Assembly (NCBI GenBank): GCA_018826255.1
Contig: JAHJZO010000029.1
Span: 1-54,587, forward strand
DNA length: 54,587 nt
DNA from: Patescibacteria group bacterium
Lineage (GTDB): Bacteria > Patescibacteriota > Minisyncoccia > UBA10092
Reading direction: 5' to 3'
The translations under genes and the position numbers were made by a program. The notes under the pieces are model-generated. The model had not been told where the DNA came from. It searched no databases and saw only the letters and a program-made list of their open reading frames with translations. Below, one piece after another: positions 1 through 9,826 of the stretch. Within the stretch, counting starts at the first letter, position 1, and each line of letters starts with the position of its first letter.

Positions 1-420
1 CCAAATCATTTTCACCTCACAATGTGTGAATTTAAAGAAAGTGGCATATCGCAATATATGCAAAGGGTGTTATGCGCGTATACAAAATATTTCAATACAA
101 AATATAAAAAATCTGGACATGTATTTCAAGGCCCTTATAAAGCCATTAATATTAAAAATAATAATCAACTTTTATATTTATCTACATATATTCATCGCAA
201 TCCACGAGAAATTTCTGAATGGAAAAATAAAGAGCATTTGTATCCATGGTCAAGCTATTGGGACTATTTAAAAAATAATAGATGGGGGAAATTATTAAAA
301 CAAGATATTATTTTGGAGCAATTTTCTAATAAAGAAGAATATAATGTTTTTACAAAATCTAGTCTGGCAAAAGAATTGATGGAAAACTTAGATGATGATG
401 ATATTTTAATAGATTTGTAG
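1..420 (+). CDS. IS200/IS605-family Y1 (HUH) transposase / RAYT-like, 5' end cut by window edge
   Basis: Frame 1 is open from nt 1, and PNHFHL (the HUH motif) precedes tracked ORF 22..420. YIHRNP catalytic-Tyr motif present. Roughly two-thirds aa identity to the complete copy at 45770..46450. Confidence 0.8.
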   Translation, partial: PNHFHLTMCEFKESGISQYMQRVLCAYTKYFNTKYKKSGHVFQGPYKAINIKNNNQLLYLSTYIHRNPREISEWKNKEHLYPWSSYWDYLKNNRWGKLLKQDIILEQFSNKEEYNVFTKSSLAKELMENLDDDDILIDL

Positions 421-426
421 CGAAAT

Positions 427-447
427 GTTGGAAACCGAGCTTCTAAC
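427..447. repeat. REP/IS200-end-like hairpin GTTGGAAACCGAGCTTCTAAC just downstream of the transposase stop
   Basis: Reverse complement, with 1 mismatch, of GTTAGAAGCTCGGTTTCTAAC found at 45748..45768 and 46462..46482. Stem is GTTRGAA/TTCTAAC. Confidence 0.75.
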
Positions 448-535
448 ATTTCTAACATTCTTGACTTAACTGGCGGGATGTATTAGATTATTGCAGAGTT
501 TTATTACGGAAAATAAAGAAACGGGAGGAAAAGAG

Positions 536-1183
536 ATGATCTTTGACAATGTGAAGAAAGCAGTTTTTATCGGCGCGCACACCGATGACGAAATGGTTGC
601 CGCCGGAACTTTGAGAAAACTCGTTAAAAATGGCGTTAAAGTTGATGTATTGGCATTCTCCTGTGCTCCAATTCCCGGAAAATCACAGGAAGACACAGAA
701 AGAATTCTTGGACGAGAATTTGCAAAAGCAATGAAAGCAATCGGCGTCGCTTCATTAGAAAACTGGCCACCAATGGACTTTGACCCACGCTCTTTTTCTA
801 GTGGAGAAGACGAAATTCGGCAAATTCTCTATGATTATACCGTTAAAGAGAAGCCGGATATCGCTTTTGTTTTGTCGCCGGAAGACGACCATCAAAGCCA
901 CGCGATGGTTGGTAAATTAGCCGAACGCGTAATGAAAAATAGGGTTCCATTCGTATTAAGGTGTCATTATCCGTGGAATTTCATTAATCCCGGCCGGCGT
1001 AATTTTTTCGTTAAACTAACGCAGGATGAATTCGAGGCAAAGATTGCGGTTATCCGCGCTTATAAATCTCAACATTTCCGCTATGATTATGAGAATCTTT
1101 ACACAGCGCTCGCGAGAGTTGATGGTTTGGCCACAAAAAATGAATTAGCGGAGACCTTTGAAATTACTTATCTTATGGCGTAA
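536..1183 (+). CDS. PIG-L/LmbE-family N-acetyl-sugar deacetylase
   Basis: AHTDDE and DDHQSH metal-binding motifs. ATG at 536 follows GGGAGGAAAAG; the track ORF starts at an upstream TTG (491). Confidence 0.75.
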   Translation: MIFDNVKKAVFIGAHTDDEMVAAGTLRKLVKNGVKVDVLAFSCAPIPGKSQEDTERILGREFAKAMKAIGVASLENWPPMDFDPRSFSSGEDEIRQILYDYTVKEKPDIAFVLSPEDDHQSHAMVGKLAERVMKNRVPFVLRCHYPWNFINPGRRNFFVKLTQDEFEAKIAVIRAYKSQHFRYDYENLYTALARVDGLATKNELAETFEITYLMA

Positions 1184-1200
1184 AAGGAGGGAAGATAAAA

Positions 1201-1989
1201 ATGGTTAACGCAAAAGAAATCAGCAACTTTTTAGGCACAACAACGATTGTGGTGGGTGATTCGAAAAAAGTTGTTTATAAAATCTCTAAGATTATTCCCG
1301 GCAAAGTTGGCACATTGTCATTTTGTAAATATGAAGACGGTAGAGCCAAAGGGTTAATCAGTAGGTCGCGCTCTTCAATAATTATTTGCTCTTCACAAAT
1401 ATCGCTTTTCGTTTCAGATTTTATAGGCAAAACTTTTATTTTAGTTCCGCAGCCACGGCTGGCTTTTATGAAAGCGGCAAACGAATTTTTTCCATGGAGA
1501 GATACTCCGGGAATCCATCCAACTGCCGTTATTTCAAACGCTGAAATAGGCAAAAATGTTAGAATTGGAGCAGGTACGGTTATCGGCGGCGAAGGTTTTG
1601 GTTATATGCCCGATGAAAATGGCGAGTTAATTCAATTCCCGCATATTGGCGGGGTAATTATTGAGGACAATGTTGAAATCGGCGTCAATGTCTGCATCGA
1701 CCGAGGCGCTTTAGGCGATACGATTATCGGACGGGGGACAAAGATTGATAATCTGGTTCATGTGGCCCATAACGTTAAAATCGGCAAAAATTGCCAGATT
1801 ATCTGCCTGGTCGGCATCGGAGGCAGTGTGGAAATTGGAGACAATTCTTTCGTCGGCATTTCCGCCTGTATCAGAAATCAGATAAAAATCGGTAAAAATG
1901 CCGTAATCGGCATGGGAGCGGTGGTTGTAAAAAACGTTCCTGACAATATGACAGTCGCGGGTAATCCCGCAAACCCTATTCCCAAATAG
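1201..1989 (+). CDS. LpxD-like left-handed beta-helix N-acyltransferase (hexapeptide repeats)
   Basis: GFGY...VEIG...[30 protein letters not shown] closely follows the LpxD core pattern. AGGAGGG RBS upstream. Confidence 0.7.
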   Translation: MVNAKEISNFLGTTTIVVGDSKKVVYKISKIIPGKVGTLSFCKYEDGRAKGLISRSRSSIIICSSQISLFVSDFIGKTFILVPQPRLAFMKAANEFFPWRDTPGIHPTAVISNAEIGKNVRIGAGTVIGGEGFGYMPDENGELIQFPHIGGVIIEDNVEIGVNVCIDRGALGDTIIGRGTKIDNLVHVAHNVKIGKNCQIICLVGIGGSVEIGDNSFVGISACIRNQIKIGKNAVIGMGAVVVKNVPDNMTVAGNPANPIPK

Positions 1990-2037
1990 GGTTTTTTAAT
2001 TATATAATCTCAAAATCAATTTAATTTTTTGATAAAA

Positions 2038-2739
2038 ATGAAAACGACAATAATTATTCCAACGTATAATGAAAGAGAAAATATAGAGTGTCTTATTGAA
2101 GAGATTTTTTTATTATTGCCAGAAATCAATATTTTGGTTGTTGACGATAATAGCCCTGATGGCACTGCAAGCGCAGTAAAAAAACTCATGGCCAAGTTTT
2201 CCAATCTTTCAATTTTGGGAAGGCCGATAAAAAATGGTTTAGGCGGGGCTTATATTGAAGGATTTAAAAAAGTACTAACTGATTCAGACATTAAAAATAT
2301 TGTAATGATGGATGGAGATTTTTCTCATAATCCGAAATATTTACCCCAACTAATTGCCGAAGCAAAAAATTACAGCTTAGTTGTTGGTTCCCGCTATATC
2401 ATGGGCGGCGGCATCGCCAAATGGGAATTATGGCGGAGAATTCTAAGCGCCGGCGGAAATTTTTATGTCCGGAGCTTATTAGGAAAACAGGTTCACGATT
2501 GGACGGGAGGTTTTAATTGCATCAAAGCCGATTATTTGCGAAAAGTGAATCTGGATAAAATCGATTTATCCGGCTATGCTTTTATAATGGGAATTAAATA
2601 TTTTCTTATTAAAGCCGGAGCCAGCGCTAAAGAAATTCCGATTATCTTTGAGGCCCGTCGCGGCGGAGAGTCAAAATTATCGCATCATATTATAAGCGAA
2701 GGAATTATCGCGCCATGGAAAATGATCTTAAAAAGATAA
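2038..2739 (+). CDS. GT2 polyprenol-phosphate glycosyltransferase (Dpm1/GtrB/CsbB-like)
   Basis: IIIPTYNERENI, VVDDNSPDGT and MDGDFSHNPKYL motifs. ATG at 2038 lies inside track ORF 2029..2739. Confidence 0.8.
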   Translation: MKTTIIIPTYNERENIECLIEEIFLLLPEINILVVDDNSPDGTASAVKKLMAKFSNLSILGRPIKNGLGGAYIEGFKKVLTDSDIKNIVMMDGDFSHNPKYLPQLIAEAKNYSLVVGSRYIMGGGIAKWELWRRILSAGGNFYVRSLLGKQVHDWTGGFNCIKADYLRKVNLDKIDLSGYAFIMGIKYFLIKAGASAKEIPIIFEARRGGESKLSHHIISEGIIAPWKMILKR

Positions 2740-5081
2740 ATTTTTTTAAAAGGAACTATCCGGTAATTCTTCTGGCAGTTTTATCTCTATTGCTGTTTGG
2801 CCGGATTTTATTTTCCGATAGACTTTTTCCCGGATTTGATCCCCTTTTGATTTTTTATCCCTATTCATTTCATTTTTTCCACTTGCAAAGTTTTTGGACT
2901 TCCGGAATATTAAGCGGATTCAATATTGGCGCGACGCCGGCTACTTTTGCCGGTAATTGGATTTACTATTTTTTTGCCAGTGGCATTGGATTCAAATTTT
3001 TTGACTTTATCACTTTTTATAATATTCTGATTTTCTTTTATTTTTTTCTAACGCTTTCTTTCTCATATCTTTCGGCGAGAGCTTTAGGTTTTGATAAATG
3101 GGTCGCAACTCTGGTTGCTTCCGTTTATATTTTTAGCGCCTATAATTTAAGTTGGATGGTGAATATTGTCACGGCGGCGTCACTTTTTATTTTTCCTGCT
3201 ATTATTTATTTTTTGCTTAAGTTCAAAGAACACCATAAGTGGATTTGGCTTTTTTTAGGAGGACTTGTATTAGGGTCCGGCCTGATAATGGCACATCCCC
3301 AATTTGCTTTAATAGCGGTTTTTGGCGGATTTTTATTTTCGTTATTTTTAACTTTTGAATCGGACTTCAAAAAACCTAAATGGATTTTTCTCGTTGCTTT
3401 TTTAGCGATAAGTTTGATTGGATTAGCATTGGCGGCGTTTCAATTAATCCCTGAATATCAAACAGTTCTGTTAACTCAAAGGGGCGAGGCGCTCAGTTTT
3501 TCAGCATCTCAGGAGTGCGCTTTAATCCCGTTGGATTTTGTCAGATATTTTATCCCGAATTTCAATTTTTTAGTTAGTTGCGAATCTCTTTTATACATGG
3601 GAGTTTTACCTCTAATTCTGGCGATTTTGGCAATTTTTTACTCCAGAACTGAAAAAAAGCGTATTTTTTTCTGGATGTTTTTATTGGTGTTTTCTATTTT
3701 ATTTTCCGTTAAATATTCTCCATTGGCTTGGATTTTTCATCAACTTCCGATTTGGCGAAGTGTCAGATCGCCGGGCCATTTTTTAATGCTTTCCGATTTT
3801 GCCTTGGCTGTTTTAGCCGGATTCGGTTTTAATTGGGTTTTAGAAAATAAAGAAAAGTTTAAAGAATCAAAAATATATAGGTGGATTAAAGGGCTTTTTT
3901 TCGGGGGGTTAGCAATAATCTTGGCTATAAACATCGCAAGTTTTTTTAAAAACAAATTTATAAAATTAGCGACAGATTATTTTGACAAGTACTATTATCA
4001 GAAAACCATCGGCTTGCCTTTAGAAAATTACCATCGCTCTATAGAAAACCTTATTTCCAGTAATTTTTATAATTTCAGTTTTTTAAATAAAGATTTTGCG
4101 ATTCCATTTATTCTAACAGTGTTAGCGTTTTTGGTTTTATATTTTATTTACAAATTTAATAAAACAGCGCTTTTTTACGCCGTTATTCTTAGTGGTTTTA
4201 TTTGGACAGTTTCCAGTCCTATGATTTCATCCGGTTTAACAAGGGATTTTTTCAAAGAAACCGAAATCATCGGATTTTTAAAGGATAAAAAATCGCCACT
4301 TCGTATTTATAGCTTACTGCCAGGCCTATCCACTTATCAATTATTGGCCTTAACTTATCCCGGCGTTACGGAATCCGACCAGAATGAATTTTTTAAAACA
4401 ATGCTTCCGCCTAATTTGAATATTGTTTACGGCTTGGATTCTATAGACGGCTACGATGCTTCTATGCCACGGCGGACAGCAAGAATCCTCGCCGAACTTT
4501 TGAGCGAACGCGCCACGATTGGAAATAAAATTGCGGAAGCTAGATTAAAACCGGAAGAAAAAATAAAAATCTTTGAAAGTCGCAAAAACCTACTTTCAAT
4601 GATGAATGTCAAATATGTGATTTCAGCTTATCCGCTTGATGAAAAATTTTTTAAAAAAGTTTTTGAGATTAAAACAACACGCTTTGAGGTTCCAGTTTAT
4701 ATTTATGAAAATAAAAATGTTTTGCCAAGATTTTATTTCGCGAAAACGGTAAATTCAGTTGAATCCGATGAAATGAAGGTTTTGAACGAAATTTTGGCCC
4801 CGGATATTAATTTCGGAGCCATAACGTTTATAGAATGCGGCGACAATTGCGAGGGCGTTTCTTTAGGAAAAATTATTGACTATGAATATAAAAACGGCTA
4901 TTTGCGGATAAATACTGAAAGTCAAATTGGCGGCTGGCTAGTATTCAGCGAGTCATATGACAATAATTGGCAAGCTCTTATAAACGGCGCGGAAGATTCT
5001 ATTTACAGAGCTAATTATATTTATCAAGCGGTTCAAGTCCCGGCCGGGGGAAATACTGTTGAATTTATTTACAAACCATGA
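2715..5081 (+). CDS. YfhO-family polytopic membrane glycosyltransferase (GT-C-like), paralog 1
   Basis: 788 aa with many hydrophobic spans. C-terminal NNWQALINGAEDSIYRANYIYQAVQVPAGGNTVEFIYKP is typical of YfhO. Overlaps the upstream GT2 gene by 25 nt. Confidence 0.7.
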   Translation: MENDLKKINFFKRNYPVILLAVLSLLLFGRILFSDRLFPGFDPLLIFYPYSFHFFHLQSFWTSGILSGFNIGATPATFAGNWIYYFFASGIGFKFFDFITFYNILIFFYFFLTLSFSYLSARALGFDKWVATLVASVYIFSAYNLSWMVNIVTAASLFIFPAIIYFLLKFKEHHKWIWLFLGGLVLGSGLIMAHPQFALIAVFGGFLFSLFLTFESDFKKPKWIFLVAFLAISLIGLALAAFQLIPEYQTVLLTQRGEALSFSASQECALIPLDFVRYFIPNFNFLVSCESLLYMGVLPLILAILAIFYSRTEKKRIFFWMFLLVFSILFSVKYSPLAWIFHQLPIWRSVRSPGHFLMLSDFALAVLAGFGFNWVLENKEKFKESKIYRWIKGLFFGGLAIILAINIASFFKNKFIKLATDYFDKYYYQKTIGLPLENYHRSIENLISSNFYNFSFLNKDFAIPFILTVLAFLVLYFIYKFNKTALFYAVILSGFIWTVSSPMISSGLTRDFFKETEIIGFLKDKKSPLRIYSLLPGLSTYQLLALTYPGVTESDQNEFFKTMLPPNLNIVYGLDSIDGYDASMPRRTARILAELLSERATIGNKIAEARLKPEEKIKIFESRKNLLSMMNVKYVISAYPLDEKFFKKVFEIKTTRFEVPVYIYENKNVLPRFYFAKTVNSVESDEMKVLNEILAPDINFGAITFIECGDNCEGVSLGKIIDYEYKNGYLRINTESQIGGWLVFSESYDNNWQALINGAEDSIYRANYIYQAVQVPAGGNTVEFIYKP

Positions 5082-5776
5082 AAATGCGACGGGTCTATGC
5101 TTTCTCCGCTCTTGGCATCTATATCGCCCCGCAACAATTTTACAATTACTTGCGCGGTAAATTTAGGATTTTCTTTCAGTTTGGCATCGCCAAACAGTTT
5201 CTCTCTCATAGGAGTGTTTAAAGCTCCGGGCGTAATTGAATAACAAGTTACATTTGTGTCCTCCAATTCTTTTGCCACTGCTTGGGTGAGTCCCTCGACA
5301 GCAAATTTAGTGGCCGAATAAAGAGCTAAGCGGGGGTAGCCATTTTTGCCAGCGCGGGACGAAATGTTAATGATGGCTCCCTCATTAATTTTTTTAAAAT
5401 GGGGGATTACCTTTTTTAACATATAAAACATAGAAAAAACATTTATTCTAAAACAATCTCCGATTTCTTTCTCCGTCAGTTTCTCTACTATTTTTAGGGG
5501 CGGGCTCCACCCAGCATTATTAATTAAAATATCCAACCCAAAATTTTTAATAACGCCATTAACCCATTTGAATTCTTTTGCCTTGGAAATATCGGCAACA
5601 AAAATATCTGCTTTGCCGTTTAAGCGGAGTATCTCTTTTTTTGTTTGGGTTAGCGTTTTAATGTGTCTGCCTACCAATATTGTAAGTACTTTTTCTTTGG
5701 CTAGTTCCAGAGCGATAAATTTGCCCAAACCCTGACCGGCGCCCGTAATAATCGCGATTTTATTTGTTAATTTCAT
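5069..5776 (-). CDS. classical short-chain dehydrogenase/reductase (SDR)
   Basis: TGAGQGLG cofactor motif, NNAG, YSATK catalytic Tyr/Lys. ATG at 5776 chosen inside the longer track ORF. Confidence 0.8.
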   Translation of the reverse strand: MKLTNKIAIITGAGQGLGKFIALELAKEKVLTILVGRHIKTLTQTKKEILRLNGKADIFVADISKAKEFKWVNGVIKNFGLDILINNAGWSPPLKIVEKLTEKEIGDCFRINVFSMFYMLKKVIPHFKKINEGAIINISSRAGKNGYPRLALYSATKFAVEGLTQAVAKELEDTNVTCYSITPGALNTPMREKLFGDAKLKENPKFTAQVIVKLLRGDIDAKSGESIDPSHFHGL

Positions 5777-5801
5777 ATAATAAAATATACAGCTTTTTGT
5801 T

Positions 5802-5830
5802 TTGACTTTCAACTTATTATCTTTTACAAT
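5802..5830 (+). promoter_or_regulatory. sigma70-like promoter for the 5844..10989 operon
   Basis: TTGACT (5802-5807), 17 nt spacer, TACAAT (5825-5830). Confidence 0.5.
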
Positions 5831-5843
5831 AGCAGCATTAATT

Positions 5844-7103
5844 ATGAGCTTATTGGGGTTATCGCAAAACGGAAAACACATAACTCAATGTCACATGTGT
5901 CGTGGGGGCGAGTTATTTAACGTGCTCGATCTTGGAATGCATCCACCATCAGACGCATTCTTAAGAGAGGACCAATTATTGGAGCAGGAAGCGTATTATC
6001 CCTTGAAGTTAATAAGTTGCGATAGGTGCGGTTTATTACAAATTGATTATATCGTGCATCCGGAAATCTTATATCAAAGGGATTATCCGTACGAATCATC
6101 CACTACTAAAACCGGAAGAGAGCATTACTATTCTATGGCGGCTGATATTGTCGAGGGGTTCTCAATACCCAAAGGGTCTCTGTCGGTAGATATCGGCAGT
6201 AATGTTGGAGTTTTGTGCGCGGGCTTTAAAAAACTTGGGTTTAAAGCTCTGGGGGTTGATCCTTCAAATACAGCCGCTAAGAAAGCTATTGATAACGGCA
6301 TAGAAACTATTGTTGATTTTTTTAATGAATTTACCGCCGACAAAGTCCTCGGACAATATGGCGCGGCAAAAGTTATTACGGCTACTAATGTTTTTGCCCA
6401 CATAGATGAATTAGACAGTACCGTCAGGGGGATGAAGAAACTATTAGCAAAAGATGGCGTTATCGCTATTGAAGCGCCCTATGCCGTAGATCTAATTAAC
6501 AATTTGGAATACGACACTATTTATCACGAACATATTTGCTATTTGTCGGTTAAGCCGATGAGGTCTTACGTAAAAAGATTTGGGTTGGAGTTATTTGATG
6601 TCAAGAAAGTTTCTATTCATGGCGGGAGTCTCAGGTATTACATTGGGCATGAGGGCTCGCATTCATTGAAGAAGTCAATTAAAGATTATATTTCCGAAGA
6701 AAAAAAGCAGGGACTGTATTCTAAAGCGAAATTGAGGAATTTTGCTCTCAAAGTAGAAAAGCATAAAATGGCTCTCGTTTCACTAATTATGGATTTAAAA
6801 AAAAGAGGCAAAAAGATTGTTGGCATAACTGCGCCAGCCAAGGGCAATACGTTACTAAATTATTGTAATTTAAGCCGGCAGTATATAGATTTTCTAACCG
6901 AAAAAACACAGATAAAAATCGGCCTATATTCACCAGGTATGCATATTCCTATATACTCCGATGAGCATCTTTTTAAAAAGAAGCCCGATTACGCATTAAT
7001 ACTGGCTTGGAATTTTGCGGATGAAATTATGAAAAATTTGCATAAATTTAAAAAGGGTGGCGGAAAATTTATAATACCAATTCCGACTCCAAAAATTATA
7101 TGA
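5844..7103 (+). CDS. NDP-hexose C-methyltransferase-like (Zn-ribbon + class I SAM MTase + C-terminal domain; TylC3-type architecture)
   Basis: N-terminal CHMCRGG...CDRCGLLQ zinc ribbon, VDIGSNVGVL SAM-binding loop and a long C-terminal domain. Confidence 0.65.
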   Translation: MSLLGLSQNGKHITQCHMCRGGELFNVLDLGMHPPSDAFLREDQLLEQEAYYPLKLISCDRCGLLQIDYIVHPEILYQRDYPYESSTTKTGREHYYSMAADIVEGFSIPKGSLSVDIGSNVGVLCAGFKKLGFKALGVDPSNTAAKKAIDNGIETIVDFFNEFTADKVLGQYGAAKVITATNVFAHIDELDSTVRGMKKLLAKDGVIAIEAPYAVDLINNLEYDTIYHEHICYLSVKPMRSYVKRFGLELFDVKKVSIHGGSLRYYIGHEGSHSLKKSIKDYISEEKKQGLYSKAKLRNFALKVEKHKMALVSLIMDLKKRGKKIVGITAPAKGNTLLNYCNLSRQYIDFLTEKTQIKIGLYSPGMHIPIYSDEHLFKKKPDYALILAWNFADEIMKNLHKFKKGGGKFIIPIPTPKII

Positions 7104-7501
7104 TCACATCTAATAAGACAAAACTACAGGTATATAAAATTAAACCCGTATTTAAAGATAAAAGAGGAGAGATTTTTGATATTCTGGAATCTCGGGTAGA
7201 CCATACTGGCATAATCACATTCAAAAAACAGGGGGTTAAAAGAGGTAGTCATTACCATAAAAGATCAATCCAATACACATACGTGTTGGACGGTAAAATC
7301 AAACTTATTACGGCTGACTCTAGTGGTAAGAACAAGAAAGAATTTGTATTGACTCCGGGATCATTCGCGGTTATACCTCCTAAAATTATCCATTTATATA
7401 TTTCTATGACTAGCGCAAAAATTATTGACCTCACAACAATCAGCAGAAAAAAGGATGGCTACGAAAAAGACACCCATAGAGTAGATATAGATAAAATATG
7501 A
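7100..7501 (+). CDS. cupin-fold NDP-sugar epimerase/ketoisomerase-like protein (RmlC/FdtA/WxcM-like)
   Basis: 133 aa. KDKRGEIFDI and RGSHYH cupin motifs. ATGA overlap with the upstream gene. Confidence 0.5.
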   Translation: MITSNKTKLQVYKIKPVFKDKRGEIFDILESRVDHTGIITFKKQGVKRGSHYHKRSIQYTYVLDGKIKLITADSSGKNKKEFVLTPGSFAVIPPKIIHLYISMTSAKIIDLTTISRKKDGYEKDTHRVDIDKI

Positions 7502-8595
7502 GAATTTGTATCGTAGTTGATAATTTGAATCCTCATGCCGGATGGGGCAGGTTGGCTTTGAAAATAGCTGAAAGTTTCAGAGCAAATGGTCACGAAGTCG
7601 GTTTTATTGTTGAAAAAAAGATTGCGGGATTAAGCGCCTCTGATTTGGTGGCTCATTTAAAGTTATCATCTTTAAAAAATCTTTTACGCTTGCCCGTTAC
7701 TTTATTGTTGATTAGAAATTTTATTAAGCCCTATGACGTCATTTTTTGTTTTGACGTAAATCCAAATGCCATTATTCTCAATATGGCCAATCTGTGGCAA
7801 AGAAGAAAAGTTGTTATCTACGCATTGGGGACATACTCCTTATTCGGTGATGGGACATTGATAAAAAATTTTTTTATGCGCTGGGCATACCGAAAAGCGA
7901 AAAAAGTTTTTATTGTGAGTGAGTTTGTTAAAAGGCAAATAGAAATAAATGGATTTAAGCTGAAGAAAGATATTATCGCGCCTGTTGGCGTTGATGCAAA
8001 TTTTTTTCACCCTCTTTTATCGGAAGAGAAAATATTGCCCTATCCTTTTATACTAACGGTGGGGGCCCTTAAGCCTCGCAAAGGATATTATTTTTCCATA
8101 TCGGCATTTAGCTTAATAGCCCAGGAATTTCCGGAGTTAAAATATGTAATTGTTGGCGACCAAGAGATAGGGACATACTATCAAGAAATGAAAAGTTTAG
8201 TTCATAGATTGGGCCTGGATAATCGGGTTATATTTTTGGAGAAAGTTAAAGATGAAGATCTTGTGAGATATTATAACGATGCCAAATTATTTATTTTGAC
8301 TTCCGTAACAGAGTCGGACGCGGTGGAAGGATTCGGCATGGTATATTTGGAGGCAAGCGCATGCGGAACGCCAACGATAGGCGCCTACAATACCGGCGCT
8401 GAAGCGGCTATTAAAAACAACTCAACGGGTATTTTGGTTAGGCATGACCAACAAGAAATTGCCGGCGCAATGAGAAAAATTTTGGTTAATAAAAACCTTT
8501 CTGATGAGTTAGGCAATAATGGAATTGAATGGGCTAATAAATTTAATTGGCCAAATATAACTCGTATTTATCTGGAGAATCTATGTGCGCGCTAA
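7498..8595 (+). CDS. GT4 (GT-B) glycosyltransferase
   Basis: EGFGMVYLEASACGTPTIG, an E-x7-E type motif. Confidence 0.8.
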   Translation: MRICIVVDNLNPHAGWGRLALKIAESFRANGHEVGFIVEKKIAGLSASDLVAHLKLSSLKNLLRLPVTLLLIRNFIKPYDVIFCFDVNPNAIILNMANLWQRRKVVIYALGTYSLFGDGTLIKNFFMRWAYRKAKKVFIVSEFVKRQIEINGFKLKKDIIAPVGVDANFFHPLLSEEKILPYPFILTVGALKPRKGYYFSISAFSLIAQEFPELKYVIVGDQEIGTYYQEMKSLVHRLGLDNRVIFLEKVKDEDLVRYYNDAKLFILTSVTESDAVEGFGMVYLEASACGTPTIGAYNTGAEAAIKNNSTGILVRHDQQEIAGAMRKILVNKNLSDELGNNGIEWANKFNWPNITRIYLENLCAR

Positions 8596-9188
8596 ACACA
8601 ACTAAAGATGTTATTTTTCATGTATTGCCTTATGTAAAAGGCAGGGTTTTAGATCTCGGCGCGGGCACGGCAAAATATAAAGAAATTTTGAAAAAAAATA
8701 GCATCAATTATATTGCCTGCGACACGAAAAAGGATGAAAATATTGATACGATTTGCGATATTACAAATCTTATTTTCCCGGAGGAATCATTTGATACTGT
8801 TGTTTCAACGCAAGTTTTTGAACATATCGACAATCCATTCTCGGCGGTTCGCGAGATCAAAAAAGTTTTAAAGCCCGGCGGCAATGCGATTATTACAGCT
8901 CCCTTTATGGTTCCTTTTCATCCGGATCCAAAAGATAACTTTCGTTTTTCCAAAGAAGGTCTTGAAGAAATTTTTAGATCTTCCGGATTTGAAATTATTG
9001 ATTCCGGAACTTACGGCGGATTTTTTATGATACTTTCCGAAATGATTCATTTTTCTTGGTTTAATCCCTATAAGCGCAAATCCGGGCGTTTTATGGCGAT
9101 TATTGAAAAAATTGCTAAAATTTGTGATAAAATTTTTATTTCAAAAATTATTTACGCCAATACATTTGTAGTGGCCAGAAAAAAATGA
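8583..9188 (+). CDS. class I SAM-dependent methyltransferase (Methyltransf_11-like)
   Basis: VLDLGAGTAKY motif I. ATG 8583 overlaps the upstream stop. Paralog of the next gene. Confidence 0.75.
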   Translation: MCALNTTKDVIFHVLPYVKGRVLDLGAGTAKYKEILKKNSINYIACDTKKDENIDTICDITNLIFPEESFDTVVSTQVFEHIDNPFSAVREIKKVLKPGGNAIITAPFMVPFHPDPKDNFRFSKEGLEEIFRSSGFEIIDSGTYGGFFMILSEMIHFSWFNPYKRKSGRFMAIIEKIAKICDKIFISKIIYANTFVVARKK

Positions 9189-9826
9189 TTTTTCAACCGG
9201 ACCGTTATCTGCTCAAAAAGCAAATAAAAAAATACGCCCATTATATCAAAGGCGTCATTTTAGACGCGGGCGGGGGGGACGGTAATCGCTACAGATCATT
9301 TTTTAAATTTGAAAAATATTTAACTCTCGATATCAATCCTTCAATCAGTCCCGATATCGTAGGTTCCGTTGAAGATATTCCGCTTGGCGATAATAGTATT
9401 GATTCTGTTGTTTCCACCCAAGTTTTGGAACATATCAAAAATCCTCAAAAGGCCGTGGAAGAATTTTATAGAGTTTTAAAAATTGGCGGTTATTGTCTTT
9501 TAACCGCGCCTCAATTTAGTGAATTACACGAAGAGCCGTATGATTATTTTAGATTTACCGCGCTTGGACTTGAAGAATTGTTCAAAAAGGCGGGATTTAA
9601 GATAGTTTTAATTGAAAAACGCGGCGGTTTTTGGTCGACTAACGCGCAAACACGAATCCGCTACGTTATTGATTTATTCCGGCTAAATAAAATACGTTTA
9701 TTGCGATGGATATTCCAACCATTCATCTGGCTGTACGGCATGTCAGCGATTTTATTTGATAATTTTGACAAAAGCCGCGCCGGGCGCAAACATGCCATAG
9801 GCTGGTTAATTATCGCCCAAAAATGA
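9185..9826 (+). CDS. class I SAM-dependent methyltransferase (tandem paralog)
   Basis: ILDAGGGDGNRY. DSVVSTQVLEHIKNP...LKIGGYCLLTAP parallels the preceding gene. Confidence 0.75.
   Translation: MIFQPDRYLLKKQIKKYAHYIKGVILDAGGGDGNRYRSFFKFEKYLTLDINPSISPDIVGSVEDIPLGDNSIDSVVSTQVLEHIKNPQKAVEEFYRVLKIGGYCLLTAPQFSELHEEPYDYFRFTALGLEELFKKAGFKIVLIEKRGGFWSTNAQTRIRYVIDLFRLNKIRLLRWIFQPFIWLYGMSAILFDNFDKSRAGRKHAIGWLIIAQK

Noticed and set aside
26-458. Overlapping or antisense ORFs in the six-frame track. Examples: 26..271, 264..458, 1275..1553, 6128..6403, 24192..24470, 28954..29364, 29378..29762, 30800..31063, 43178..43531, 44259..44564, 46532..46876.
   Set aside because: Each lies entirely within or antisense to a longer ORF that has clear family motifs. 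They have no RBS and a low-complexity or odd composition, so I treated them as shadow ORFs.
1201-1989. Treating the LpxD-like gene as evidence for lipid A / LPS synthesis.
   Set aside because: No lpxA/C/B/K or kdt genes are in the window. The gene sits with a PIG-L deacetylase and lipid-linked glycosyltransferases, so a sugar N-acyltransferase role is more parsimonious.
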